Below are positions 1 to 13,992 of a DNA stretch of 64,000 nt, piece by piece. The stretch is from Paraspadella gotoi (Eukaryota > Animalia > Chaetognatha), in contig CM119269.1 in assembly GCA_051294375.1 (NCBI GenBank), positions 18,340,471 to 18,404,470 of the forward strand, given 5' to 3'. How positions within the stretch are numbered: the first letter of the stretch is position 1; each line of letters begins with the position of its first letter. Made by a program: the position numbers and the translations under genes. The notes beneath the pieces were generated by a model. The model had not been told where the DNA came from. It saw nothing but the letters and a program-made list of their open reading frames with translations, and searched no databases.

Positions 1-639
1 TTTTTTTTACGGTACAGTCGTTAAAATAACATCGTTCTTAAAAAAGAATAATAAAAATAATAATAATAAAAACCGGTTAAAAGCCTTTGAACGATAACAA
101 ATCCTGTTTTGTTTTGTTTTGGCGTTGATTAAAAGAAAACAAAACAAAAAAAACGACAAAAGAACATCACCGTGAGCGACAAGAAAAAAACAACTTGATG
201 TTTGTCGTTTTTCTCTTTCTCCTCTTCCTCCCAAGTTATCTTCGGTGATCTTCTTCCTCATCCCTCTCCTTCTAATTCCCGCGCTTCCTTCGAACAACAA
301 AAACTAATTGATTAAAGTTCCTTCTCATTAATACAAACAAACGAGTTTCGAACGAGAAAGCGATAATCTTTCCATTAGCATTGGCACCGGGGGATTAAAT
401 GGCATTAGTAACGGCATTACTCCTTCTCGGTCAGTGGCACTGGATTTTCACATTCAACGATCGGCGNNNNNNNNNNNNNNNNNNNNNNNNNNNNNNNNNN
501 NNNNNNNNNNNNNNNNNNNNNNNNNNNNNNNNNNNNNNNNNNNNNNNNNNNNNNNNNNNNNNNNNNNNNNNNNNNNNNNNNNNNNNNNNNNNNNNNNNNN
601 NNNNNNNNNNNNNNNNNNNNNNNNNNNNNNNNNNNNNNN

Positions 640-675
<36 letters not shown>

Positions 676-3667
676 CCACCCGCAAACGCCGTTTCTCATT
701 GTTACTATGTAATATGTATGTTATGTTGGAGCGATTGAAGATTTTTTTTCAGCCTTTCTACATGTAATTAACAAATTTTAATCCTTTTTTTTAGCATAAC
801 AATTTCACTGTAGTGATATCCTTAAAATTCTTATAAAATTTCAAAAGAAACTTTTGTATAATGTGTTGTACGATATAATATATATAATATATATAATTTA
901 AAAAAAAAACAAAACGTTAAAAATTTCCTATAAATTATTTTGAAAATTTAATACGTGAATTAATTAATACGTTAATTAATTAATTAATTAATAATTTAAA
1001 ACAATTAATATATTTGACGAGTATCTGCGCTGGTAATTTCTATGAATTATTGTATTTTCTTGTTCTGTTCCCCGAACGATATATACAATTTTTTTTTATT
1101 CTCGATTGTCATAATATCTGACTTATAATTATCCTTGTTAAATGACTACAAAAAATTGGTTCCGAGAAAAAATATTTAAAATATTTAAAATATTTAAAAT
1201 ATTAAAAATATTAANNNNNNNNNNNNNNNNNNNNNNNNNNNNNNNNNNNNNNNNNNNNNNNNNNNNNNNNNNNNNNNNNNNNNNNNNNNNNNNNNNNNNN
1301 NNNNNNNNNNNNNNNNNNNNNNNNNNNNNNNNNNNNNNNNNNNNNNNNNNNNNNNNNNNNNNNNNNNNNNNNNNNNNNNNACATTTGTCGCTCAAATCGA
1401 AAGAATTTAAATCGAACTTATTTCAGAATTACCCTGATGCACATTATTTGAAAAGAATTTGGTGTAATTGAGAAAGAAGCCAAATTCGTCGGGAACTCAA
1501 TCACAATTGACTGTCCCGCCCTTCGCTGATAAAGCGTGGATATTCGAAAAATGTCGTCCTTGATCTAATAAGCAAGATGGCAATATGAGGGCATAACCTT
1601 CTATTTATTAGGAATGGGTGTGAAGGCGGGAGGGGGGATAAATAAACAGGAGTTAATGAAGAGAGAGAGAGAGAGTGAGGGAGTGGCGGAACTATGGCGC
1701 TTTGTAAAGGTACGATCGCGGAGATAATACTCACGCGAGGTAAACAATACAGAGCAGGGGAGAGGAGCGCGAGAGGAGTGGTAAATGAGAGAAGGGNNNN
1801 NNNNNNNNNNNNNNNNNNNNNNNNNNNNNNNNNNNNNNNNNNNNNNNNNNNNNNNNNNNNNNNNNNNNNNNNNNNNNNNNNNNNNNNNNNNNNNNNNNNN
1901 NNNNNNNNNNNNNNNNNNNNNNNNNNNNNNNNNNNNNNNNNNNNNNNNNNNNNNNNNNNNNNNNNNNNNNNNNNNNNNNNNNNNNNNNNNNNNNNNNNNN
2001 NNNNNNNNNNNNNNNNNNNNNNNNNNNNNNNNNNNNNNNNNNNNNNNNNNNNNNNNNNNNNNNNNNNNNNNNNNNNNNNNNNNNNNNNNNNNNNNNNNNN
2101 NNNNNNNNNNNNNNNNNNNNNNNNNNNNNNNNNNNNNNNNNNNNNNNNNNNNNNNNNNNNNNNNNNNNNNNNNNNNNNNNNNNNNNNNNNNNNNNNNNNN
2201 NNNNNNNNNNNNNNNNNNNNNNNNNNNNNNNNNNNNNNNNNNNNNNNNNNNNNNNNNNNNNNNNNNNNNNNNNNNNNNNNNNNNNNNNNNNNNNNNNNNN
2301 NNNNNNNNNNNNNNNNNNNNNNNNNNNNNNNNNNNNNNNNNNNNNNNNNNNNNNNNNNNNNNNNNNNNNNNNNNNNNNNNNNNNNNNNNNNNNNNNNNNN
2401 NNNNNNNNNNNNNNNNNNNNNNNNNNNNNNNNNNNNNNNNNNNNNNNNNNNNNNNNNNNNNNNNNNNNNNNNNNNNNNNNNNNNNNNNNNNNNNNNNNNN
2501 NNNNNNNNNNNNNNNNNNNNNNNNNNNNNNNNNNNNNNNNNNNNNNNNNNNNNNNNNNNNNNNNNTGCCACTAGCTTTGGTCAATTTGCTACGAATAGGA
2601 AGTAGGAGGAAAGAAAGAAAAAGGAGGAAGGAGTAAAGAGAAAACGAAGGGGTAGAAGAAAGAAAGAAATATTAAAAGCAATACGGAGGATAATGAGTGA
2701 GAACTTAGACGGCCATGGAAAAAAAAAAACAGCCCACGACAGCGGGGTATTCGATTTGTTTTTGCACTGTCAGGGACATTGGACTATCTGTGTTCCCCAC
2801 TGCACTGCCATCGTGGCATCACAGAGTGTGTTTCAGAATTGAAAAAAAAAAACATAAAACTTTTAATAGTTTTTTTTTTATTAGCGGTAATACCATAACC
2901 AACGTAATGTGAATGAACGTCATGATTTAGTATTATGAAAGTGTTTTAATCCATTGCGTCAACCACGCCCTCTTCTTCGTCCGCCATCTTTGACTTTTTG
3001 TTTTCGTGTCGCTCGGCCGTTGACTCTCCTTCGTGGGAGCATTTCAGTTGGAAGTGGGAAAAGAGAACATTAAAGAGAAGTTACCAGTCTCGTTATAGTT
3101 TGCATTACTTTTTGCATCATTAATTAATCCTGTGACGAATCATTGTGAAATCGACGGCCTTGAAGAAGAAGAAACGTCCCAGTGCCGCTTTTTAACGTAA
3201 CTCATCCACACGGAATGTTTGGGTGGTTACAGTAAATAAATGAAATTTTCGAGAATCCAGGGGTAGTTAAACGAACATATTTCGTAAGAGAAACAAAAAA
3301 AGGAAACGGCCCCCCGATAAAATATGTCGTTGTTGTTGATTTTTTCCTTGTCGTTGTTGTTAATTCGCCCCGACCATGGCTCTTGTGTTTTGTTTTGCGC
3401 GGAACGAGGGGCGCCTTCATAACTCTGGCTATTTTCTGCTTCGCAAATGGGGGATCGAGTCTCCTTTATGGCCGGATTTGCGTGCCGGCGCTTCGGGGCG
3501 GCGTCGGGCGTTGTCTGGCGGCGTAGGAGGGCGGCGCTGGTGGGCGGCGCTTCGAGCGGAAGAGATTAAACGAGAATTACCGGAGCATGAATGATGGTCG
3601 AGATTGTCTCTCGCTAAAATAAAGTTCGAACTCACCCAATTTGGGTGGATAGGGAAATTGAGAAGAT

Positions 3668-3671
<4 letters not shown>

Positions 3672-3764
<93 letters not shown>
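3672..3764 (+). repeat. Perfect (GA)n microsatellite, representative of dozens of GA/CT tracts in the window
   Basis: Directly visible. Confidence 0.98.
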
Positions 3765-3766
<2 letters not shown>

Positions 3767-6613
3767 AAAGTCCGACGCAAAATCGATATAATATGTTAAT
3801 CGAGAGAGTCTTCATCTAAATACGTTTTATTTTTAGTTAAGTCAAGATTGGTGCTTAGAATATATATGAATATGAATAGAAAGCAGCGCTGTCGTGACTC
3901 GTGGGCTTCTTTTTTTTTTTCGAGTGAAATGGTCTCACTGTCTTACTTTCATTTTTCCTCTCACTCACCAACTCTGTCCTTTCTTTTACTTATTCACTAC
4001 AGAACATTACACTATTCGTTCTTGTCAAATTTTTGTCTCACAAAAGGCGGCTCCCACTCTTCAGCGCTTTAACGACGAAAACAACTCGAAACTTCCGCTG
4101 AGGAAACCCCCCCCCCCATCTTTCCGATTTTGTTTGTGGCGTGATCAAACTCATCATCCTTCGAATCGAATTTCATGGAAGCGAAATCCAATTATGATCA
4201 AATTCGAAACCAAATCCGCTTCTTTTCTTTTCATCTTCGTGAGAAATCACGATATCATTCGTTTTTTTCAATCTCGATATCAATTTAATAAATTATTTCG
4301 TATGTGTTTAATATTGTTTATTTTCTATATATTGCATCGTTTACGGTTTACGATTCAGACGTTTTGACTCGTTACTTCTCGCCACGAGAACGTATTAACC
4401 AGATCGTTCTTTGCCCGATATCGGAAGTCTGTAAACCACATTAGCCACGAGGTTTCCTCCTCTTACGCCAACGCATTCACGACATCCCCAACTCTCCAGT
4501 TCATTCTCACCAGAGCCTGAATTCAAAATTCTCTCATAGCGACGCCCCTCGCTCATCAAATCCTCCACGTTAATACGTAATTAATTAGTAATTAATTCTG
4601 AATAGATTTTTTTTTTTTTTTTGATTTATCGCTCCTTTTTTTCGATTTATTATTATTTGTGATTTAAAAGAAGCCGCGAATCGCTGGGCGGCGCGTTCTA
4701 AGCTGTGGGCGTCCGTGCACGCTTTTATAATTCGTCGCGAAAAGAAAGGGAATGTGGCCGATTGGCGAAACAATCCTTTGGTTTAGTTATATAATAATTA
4801 TTTATAGAGTATTCTTTAATAACTGTAATAATTGTGTTATAAACACTTCTTTTCCATTAGCTATGTACCTTTTAAAAATAAAAATATTCAAATAACAAAC
4901 GTAAAACATTTCTTTCGTACGACTTGGCGGCTGTGTCGGCTTCTCGGGGACGAAGGTCGAAAGGTTTCCACACTTTTTTTTATTTATGCCGCATCAAAGG
5001 AATCGAAATACATCAATGAATTCAATGGAAGGCTAGAATTTATTTCCGCATTTTTATTCCGGAGCCGGAAAATCGGCGCGGAATTCTTTTGAGATGCCGA
5101 CGAAACTTTTGTTGTTCGTTGTTGAGTCGTTGCCGACATTTGCCGATGCCGATACCGTCAACGATACCGAAAAGTCTCCAGATTCCTCTTCCGCGCCCAG
5201 AAACGAATAAGATTTTTTTTGAATCTGTTTCTGTTGCTGCCGTCGCCACTCCTGCCGCCGCTGCCGCTGCCGCTACCGACGATGGGCGCTGCAGCTGACG
5301 AATCCCGACTTCGCAGTTAATCGAGCGAAAATCCCGACCACATTTTTCTTCTTTTTTTTTAATTTCTTTTTTTCCATAATTTTGGGGGTTTGCCGGATTT
5401 TTCTTTTTAGTATGTGTGTGTGTGTGTATTTGTGTGTGTGCGTGTCCGGTGATAACTTACCGTTTCTATATAGAGTCGATCTGTCACGAAGAAGTCGCTA
5501 TGGCGACCTTTTATCGACAGGCTCAAGTTCCGTACTTAGCCTCTTTTCTACTTGTTAGTTCCACTTTGGTTTTTTGCTCCGTGTCGAGTTTTCAAAGACC
5601 ACCATCCTCCCATGTACTTTTTCTTTTTATAACTATCTTCTCCTTTCCGGATTTTTTTTTTTTTTTTAAATTTTTACTTTTTCCTCGATTCCTTTTTTTT
5701 TTTTCTCCCTTCCTTCTTTTACTTGTTTGTTCTTTCTTCCTCCTCATTGTACTTGACTCCCACTCTCCATTTCCCTTTCTGTGTCCTTCCTTCAATTTTT
5801 TTGGCTAAAGCGGAGCGACTCTGCCGATTTCCATTTATTTCTTTCTCCAGCAGAAGCGGAATCCAACCCGGATGTAGCTGGTACGGAGAAAGGAAATGAA
5901 GTGGTACCGCTCTGGGGGGGGGGAGGTGGAGATGAGATTGGTGAAGAGAAATGAGGCGATGATGACGATGATCACGAACTTTAAAAGGCAGAGATGAAAA
6001 TCATAAATTGATTAAATTGATTTATTTTTTAAGGAATAATTTTGCCGAAATGAAATAAAGATCGTTGATAATCAAACGTTAATTCATATAATCACATCTT
6101 GTGTTCAAAATTTGGTCGTGTTTCTCTTCGATTTTGAGTCGCAGTGAGAATTGTGAACAAAGGGCGCCGCCATTTTTTGTTCTCTTTCGACAAATCTTCG
6201 TAGGCTAATTAGCGTCAGGACGCTTGAATTCGAAAAGGAGGAAAAGGAAAAGAGAAAATTTGGGAGGAAAATTGGAGGAAGAAAAGGAAAGAGAGGAAAG
6301 AACCAAAGAAATAAATGGAAAGTAGATATGTTTATTATATGTTAATTATATAATCAACGAAAATCGAGTTAGATTGGATTAGATCAAAAATGGAGCAAAA
6401 AAATGTCTGTGTATTATAAATCTATTAAATTTATGAATTATAACTTTCATCGACACAGTGTTTGCTGAAAAGAAAAAAAAAATATTTAAAGATTTACTCA
6501 GGTTATCGACTAACCCTTTTTCACTTTTCTCTTCAGTGTGAAGAGTGACTGAAATGGGTTTGACAAAAGTATGCCAGAGAGAGAGAGAGAGAGATAGAGA
6601 AGATGGAGAGAGA

Positions 6614-6659
<46 letters not shown>

Positions 6660-7679
6660 GGAGAGAGACTCACCTGGTTTGTTGTGACGCGAAAGTCGTC
6701 GGACTCGTGAAAAGTTGAAAGCTGAGAGGAGATGAAGGAAAGAAGGAAAGGATTAAAGGAAAAAGAGGAAAGAGGAAAATGAAGTAAAAGGAAAAGGGAA
6801 AATAGATAGGAAATGAAAGAAACTATATACAAAACAATGTGTAAAAGGAGAGAGAGAAAAAAATGTAAACCGAAAAAAATGGGGAAAAAAAGAAAGGAGA
6901 GAAAATGGAAAAAGAAGAAAGAAAGCCCAGAAAAAGAAAAAAAGAAAAAAAATGTTGATTCGCTCATCGACGTCGCGTTTTTTTGACACACGCTGCTCCA
7001 CTCAATGCAAACAGAACCTTTCAAATGCAAACAGTCCCTCTCAATGCAAACAGTCCCCCTTTAGAATAGAAACCTCTAATTTCAAACGGCTTAAAAGTCT
7101 CTAAAACGCGATGGGACGAAGAATAATCCTCAGTCGACGAATAGAAACGAAAAAAAAGGGCAATCGACGATTCGGATATTCGTTCGGGGAGGAAGAGGGA
7201 ATATCAGAAGAGGAAATTATATACGGAATGAAATGGGGAAATGCTTCTGCTTGAAGTAGCGAATGTTAATGTGAATGGAAAACAATCCATGGTTACCTTA
7301 TATACGCTTTAAGTGAAATTATACAATATATATACATGCAGCGATGAAAAATCTATCGTAATTATTGTACTTTATTATATTTCTATGTTATTGTATACGA
7401 CTACAAAAAAAATCGTTACACTTTATAGCTAATAGCTATCATGAATAATATTCATAGTCATTGACTAAAGAATATAGATCAGCGCAATTTGCTTGTCTCT
7501 GGTAAGCTTTGTGTTGATGACTAGCAACGAAATCATTCAAAGCGGAAAGCAAATCGTCAATCAAATATTCATCGGTTTCCTGCGAGAAGCAGTGAACCCT
7601 TTTTTTTCGTTGTTGCAGCAACAAGCCGTTTCCAGAGAATCTAAAAAACTAATTAATCGACAATCTTTATTTATGGGAC

Positions 7680-10205
7680 TGAGTACAATTTTATTGAGAG
7701 ATCCTTTTAGCAGGATCATTTTTCAAGGCAAGCAATTTACAAAAATGATCCGGTAGAAAAAATCAAAACTGTTGATTAATTATTTTCTTTTACTGTGCAT
7801 GCGATGTCTCTTCACACTATTAGAGTTCGCCGCTTTGCGAACGAATTCCCTCGACGGAATAAAACCGGCGACCTATTTTTAGCCTATGGGGTCTCTCCGG
7901 CCCACGCATGACTCGGGAAACAAGTGTTCCCTTTTGTATCGAAGAATAAGCGGGTCCCTTTGTAATCGAGAAAAATTGTTCCTTTGTCGTCGTCGTCGTC
8001 AACGTCGCAGGATTGGCAGAATTGATGTTCGTTTAGAAAAAAAATAAATTGGGGTTTGGAGGGCATGGAGTGAAAGGGGAATGCCGTTGTTGTTGTTGTT
8101 GTTGTTGTTGGACTGAAGGGAGGAGGGGGGGAATAAGTCGAGGGGAGACGCATTGTGAAACGCGGACGTAACAAACGTCGAGCGATTGATTTGTGGTGAA
8201 CGGAAAAGGAAGAGAGATGCACATTGCACATTGTACATTGCACTTTGCACATTGCACATTGCACATTGTACATTGCACATTGTACTTTGCACATTGCACA
8301 TTGTACATTGCACATTGTACTTTGCACATTGTACATTGCACATTGCACAGGGGTGTGAACATTGGAGATGGAGAGGATCCCTGAAAGAAAAAATATTCCC
8401 GATATACTAGTTACCTATAAAGATAAATTAATTATTGTTTAAGCAGTTTGATAAACATATTAATAAGCCTCTTATTGATGCCTGGGCGATATAGTGTATA
8501 TTAATGTAGGAACGGCTATGCTAAGTTCAGAGTTAAAAGTTTTTCTTTTTTTCCTTTTTTATATATAAAATTTTTAAAACCAATATAAAAATTCACATAA
8601 TAGTCTGACCGGGCGCCCCTTAGAGCCCGGGCCTCTTCGGATGTTTACCGTCTAACCCTCTACACGCCCCTAGGGATGCAGTCGGGGAGAGGCAGGGGAG
8701 ACTGTCGCCGCTTTTCCGTCGCGGAATCAAACTCCTGAAGCCTTGAACGGAAATAGGAGTTCAAGGTTGGATAAGTGAAAACCTGGTGAGAGGAAGGGAA
8801 GGGAAGAGAAAAAAATGACATCTCGGAGAAGAGGATTGGGTGGAGAATCTGGAGATGTTGATAAGGCGTGGGCCGAAGACTTGGTCGGCCATTCGGCAGC
8901 CATGGAAAGGGTGCTGGGTTGGGAACCATGCTTGGGGTATTTTCGAGGGCTTCATGTCGCTTTGTGGTCGTCCTCACGTACGTATCTGAGTGGAATCGAT
9001 CCCGGTATTTTCACCTGCTAAACTGTTTACTGAACGAGCAACCGGGTTATAGGAATTCCTAGAGGTAAGAGGAATTTCTAGAGGCGGGGTGAACTTTTCA
9101 ATGCTACGTAAAGGTGATGGCCTTAGCTGGTGTAGCCAAGCTATGAGCATCGTCTCTCTCTCTCTCTTCTCAAAAGACTCGACGCAAAGAAAAACATCTA
9201 AAATTCAAATTGACAGGAATCGTCAAAGGCTGTTTCTTTTCTTGGTCGGAAAGAGGAACGAAATAGAAAGGAGAGAGAGAGAGAGAGGGAGAAAGAGAGA
9301 GAGAGAGAGAGAAAGAGAGTGAAAGAGAGAGAGAGAGAGAGTGAAGAAAAGAAAAAAAAGAGAAAAAAATACGTTTTTATTAGTTGATTTGCTTTGGCGT
9401 CGGCAGCGGCGCGGTGACGACGTAGAAGGCTGAGAAGGCGGTCGCGTTCATTTTGGAAGATTTGTTGTTATTTTGGTTTCAACTGAGTTTTGAAGAAAGG
9501 GATAGAGGGAGAGAGCGAGAGAGAGATAGAGAGAGCGAGAGGGAGAAAGCGAAAAAGAAAGAGAGAATGAGAAATAGAGAGGCCAAGGAGTAGGATAGAG
9601 AGTGAGAATAAACATTAAAGAAATCAAGTTTTATTTTGAAAGAAAATAAGGAAAATCAATTCATTTCGTTTTTAACTTCTTATCGATTCTTGTTTCCAAT
9701 TAATTTTGCCAGGAAATGAAATTGAGGCTAATTGTGTTTTCAGTGAGGACTCGATCAGTTCCTTATNNNNNNNNNNAGGCTAATTGTGTTTTTAGTGAGG
9801 ACTCGATCAGTTCGTTATGAAATTGGTACAACCAATATAAAAATTATCCATTCATTTAATAAAGAAGCTATCTTGCCCCTGACTTTGGGCCCAATGGGCA
9901 GGCTTTGGTGGTTAAAGGCCTCCATCACACTTACAAGATAATAACATAGCGGGACCCTGCAATCAAGACTCTCTCTCAGACTCGTTTATTCACTCCCAGA
10001 GTAAGTGGCTTCCCTATCAATGAAGTGGTATAATATTTTAAAGAATGTTTCGATTGTATGAAAAGAATTTGAAATCTATTGTTTCCCGCTAAAAGTGGGG
10101 TTGTTGTCGTTGTCGAGTTTCGCCCCACAGTTTTTGCCTCAAATGAGGGCAGAGTCATCTTCGATCAACCGATAAGCGAGAAGAGAAGGGGGAGAGTAGG
10201 GCGAG
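7680..10205 (+). repeat. Segment A, copy 1 (about 2.5 kb); inverted copy at 16612-19265
   Basis: The reverse complement matches throughout, e.g. gagtacaattttattgagag (7681) versus ctctcaataaaattgtactc (19245). Confidence 0.9.
8218..8349 (+). repeat. Heptamer minisatellite (ACATTGC/ACATTGT/ACTTTGC), about 19 units
   Basis: Directly visible. It produces the spurious CNVQCAM and HCTLHIA repeat ORFs. Confidence 0.95.
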
Positions 10206-10209
10206 GCGC

Positions 10210-13000
10210 CTTAGTTGGCTGTCTCCTTCAAGATTTGATTCCATGAAATTTGAAAAAAAAAACTCTTAAAAACCGAAAAAAACTGTAAAAACCGATTTAA
10301 AACTCACGTGAAATGTTGAAAAAGTGAAAAAAGGAAGAAGCGATAAATTTTAAAGAAAAGGTAAATTTTATCATCTTGGAAAATTGGAAAAAGTCACCGA
10401 AACTTTTTTCTATTTTCACCAGCGTAACATTGTTGACTGTTAGTCCAAAGTTCTGCCGACTTTAATTAAATTTTCAAAGATGGTAGATGAAGAAGGCAAT
10501 TGATGTGACATCTGAAGGAGATATGTACTTCTTTTCCTCGTTGGACAAAAAAAAAGAGAGAGGAAGCAATAGATGATAGTGAAAAGTTCTTCTTTTTTGA
10601 CGCTGATTCACTGTGGCACTTAATGAGTTTCACTGTGCCGTAGCTTTTCTTTCTTCCTTTTTTCCCCATCCGTCAGTTTTTTCCGTGGACGATCGAAGAC
10701 CAAGACTTCTTCCGAAACCCTCTTCTGCGACGTGCAAACTTCCAAAGGCCTGGGAGCAGAAAGAGAGAGAGAGACGAGAGATGAGAGAGATCGAAGGAAT
10801 AGAGGAGAGAGAGAGAGGAGGAAGAGAGTGAGAGAGAGACAGTGAACTCGCATCGATGACTGAAGTCGATCGGGCTGCCTCCTGCTTTTGATATGAAGCC
10901 TGGACGGTACGATAAACTTTAAAAGACCTTGTATAAGGCACCGATACAAAATTTAGAGGCGAAATTGAAATAGGAATGACATGATAGGCATCTCTCTCAT
11001 GAATCTTCCCTCATCCATACTACTAGACCTGCGCCAAGTTAACGATAGTTGATGAATGAATCTTCTTTGGATTCTCCTTGTCCCACCTGCTCACAATGAA
11101 ACCTCCCTGCGGGTGGGTGCCGTCGGTCGACCAAGTTCATTTCTTTACTGTGTGTACCCTCATCATTTTACAAGAGCCGCCCGATGTTCTTTCTTATCTT
11201 TTCATATATTCTCTCTTTCCTTTTCGCTTCCTCATCCATCTTCTTTCCGATTAGAAGCTCTTTCGGTCTCGTCGTTTCGTCGTTCCGTCTGCTCTCTTTT
11301 TCTTCTTCTATTCTCGTTTTCTTTGCTTTTGCATTTATTCTTTCCTCGTTTCTGTTTCCATTTTCTTTCTAGTTATCTTATTTACTCTTTTATATAATTT
11401 ATTCTTTTGTCCAAATTTTTGTGGTTGTTGTTGTTTTTCGTTGGTTTCGGGTCTGTACTTCAGGAAAACTAAACGCTCGAATAGGCCATAGCTATAGATG
11501 TGTTTTTTTTTTTTTAACGCGTACTTTATTCTTTAGCTAAAGTTTGAAATTAAAATGGTCATCTTTTTAAAACTATTAATGTTCAAGACCCTAATCAATA
11601 AGTTGTAAAACCGAACATAGAAGAGGTCTAAGATGCAGATTCTCGTATTAGTTATGAAAGTTTGAAAAAATATATTTGTGAGAATTGTAAGGGTGACCCT
11701 CGGTTTAGCTCGAGGCCAACGAGATTCCAAAAACTTCTCGTTAAATACGAGATTTTTTCCCTCGAATATAATCGTTTCGATCTTTCCGGTTTTATGTTAA
11801 ACCGTGATTTTACTGTATACTTTTCGTACAATTGGCGATCTCTTGGTAATTGGTATGGATAAAAAGTTTCTTCCGATGGACAAAGTCCCGTTTGGCCAAT
11901 GTCAATCTTGCACCATACGTTTTCCTCTTTCTTTTTCTTTTCTTTTCTTTCTTCTTTTGTTTCGGTAGATCACTCGGTTTTTACTTCAATTCAGCTTTCC
12001 GTTACATTCATTGATATATATACTCTCAATAGAAAAGATTATTTCCGCTAATACTTGGACAAATCCCCGCGCCCTTCTTTCTTCTCTTATCCGTGGATAG
12101 ATTAAAAAACAAATCTCGATTGTCTTGAAAGTTTGAGTGTGATGGTGTGGAGAGATGAGAGATGAGGATTATATTAGTAGACTTTTTTAAAATGAGAGGG
12201 TACGGGAGAGGTAAGCAAAGATTGCCTGCTTCATATGTTACGGAGCGAGTTGCAGCACTGGTGGATGAGGCCACTGGTTTTATTCATGTTTAAGACCCAG
12301 GGAGGACTTTGGGTATGGATCGAGTGCCACGCCTATTTCGCCAGCTTCTGCCAATCGTTGATTGTTTTCGTTTTGCCTTCCGGTCGCGGGAGCCACCCAG
12401 ACTGGTGGTCTTCGTTTGGCCCCGCGACCGGATGGGTCGCCCTCGGGGGGATCCTGCAATTGACGCCTCGCGCTCGAAGACCGGTTCGATGGTCGGACGA
12501 GCGGACAAAACGCTGAGGTAAAAAAATAAATGGAGCCGCCGGTAATAAAAGGTAAAATCTTTGAACTTTTCTTTATTACTTGATACCGTTGGTATCACTA
12601 TTCTTTTACAATACTTCACAAGCTACTTTCGTGAACCTGCCCAACTCTTCTCGTTGTTGCTCAAAATTTCCCTCAATATCGCAACCTTAGGTAATATTCG
12701 TAATCTAAAACGAGCTCGAAACTAGAACCAGAAATAAGGTGAAAGATAAAAAAAGAAAATCTACAAAAAATAAGTAAAAGACAATACACTCTGTAATGAA
12801 ATCCTCTGATCATCTATCTTATCCAATGTCCGAGACCAGTGAATTGGTCGTACTTTTGGTGGATTCAGGATCCAGGGTTGAGTGAAATTATGGGTGTAAG
12901 AGAGTTGGGCCGGGGGAATGCGGTGTAGTTCTGCTCCGAGGTCATGTACCTACCTTCAAAATGTTATTGTCCAATTGTTCAACTGTGCTCTAGTCCCTTT
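10210..13000 (+). repeat. Segment F, diverged or noisy copy with extra internal sequence
   Basis: Shares aaaaccgaaaaaactgtaaaaaccgatttaaa, cgctgattcact, cgaccaagttcatttc, gagtgccac..gccagc and cctcggggg.atcctgca blocks, in the same order, with 29083-30700. Confidence 0.7.
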
Positions 13001-13868
13001 TCTAAACTTCGCCTCTCCTTTAGTTCTTAGTATACGTTTGAGAGAGTCCGCGCGCGTTGGTGTGTGGGCACCTCGGTCTTAGGTGTGGATATTCGAACAC
13101 GCGGCCCGGACGAAAGAAACGCCTCTCCGGTCTTTTACTAATTTCTTATATCTCGTGTGTGTGTGTGTGTAAATCTTAATTTCTCCCATACCATGGTTCT
13201 CACTTCTCTCCAGTTCTATACTCTTTTTACCTTCCCACGAAATTCCTCTTTATGGTTTCCTCCTGCTAGTTGGGTGGTCACACTTAATCTTTCTGCATGT
13301 AGTTTACCATTTGTTAAGGGACCTTGTAGCCCGGTCTCTGTTTCTGATTTTCGGGCTTCGGAATTGTTGAGACCCTGTCTAGTTTGTTTGTTGTATGTTG
13401 TGTTGTGTATTTGTTTTGTTTTTCGTCCACTTTCGGACGAATTTGTCTTGGAAACCAGACAAACGAAGAACAAAAGAAAGGTCGAAAGAGTCAATACGAT
13501 TCTGTGGACCACAGCAGATTCAATTCCATTCAAGTTCCGCCCAGAAATTTAAAAAGGAAAGGCATGAAAACGAGAGATAAAGGGATAAGTGTAAAATTTT
13601 AAACGAATTAATAGGGATTAAAGTCAGAGATGAGGCGACAACATCATCGTATTAGACTATGAGTCATTCCAAAAAAGTACAGATATCATTTCCACGCTTT
13701 GTCACATTCAAAATTTAAAATACTACAGGGTAAATATAAAATTTATACTCCTGTTTGTTCCATTCAGAGAGAAAAAAAGTGGGATTCAAAATTTTAAAAA
13801 AAAGAAAAAAACTACTTTCAATGGAGAGGGATCAAGCAAAAAATATCTCCTCTGTCACTCTCTCTCTC

Positions 13869-13927
<59 letters not shown>

Positions 13928-13992
13928 CTCTCTCCTCTCTCTTCTCTACAGAATTTAATCACGACGCNNNNNNNNNNNNNNNNNNNNNNNNN

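Noticed and set aside
7884-8410. Cys/His-rich repeat proteins (CNVQCAM / HCTLHIA)
   Set aside because: These are six-frame translations of a 7-bp tandem repeat and are not preserved in the second copy.
9725-9820. ~42-bp direct duplication across a 10-N gap
   Set aside because: This is a typical unmerged contig overlap; the inverted copy near 17040-17080 has it only once.
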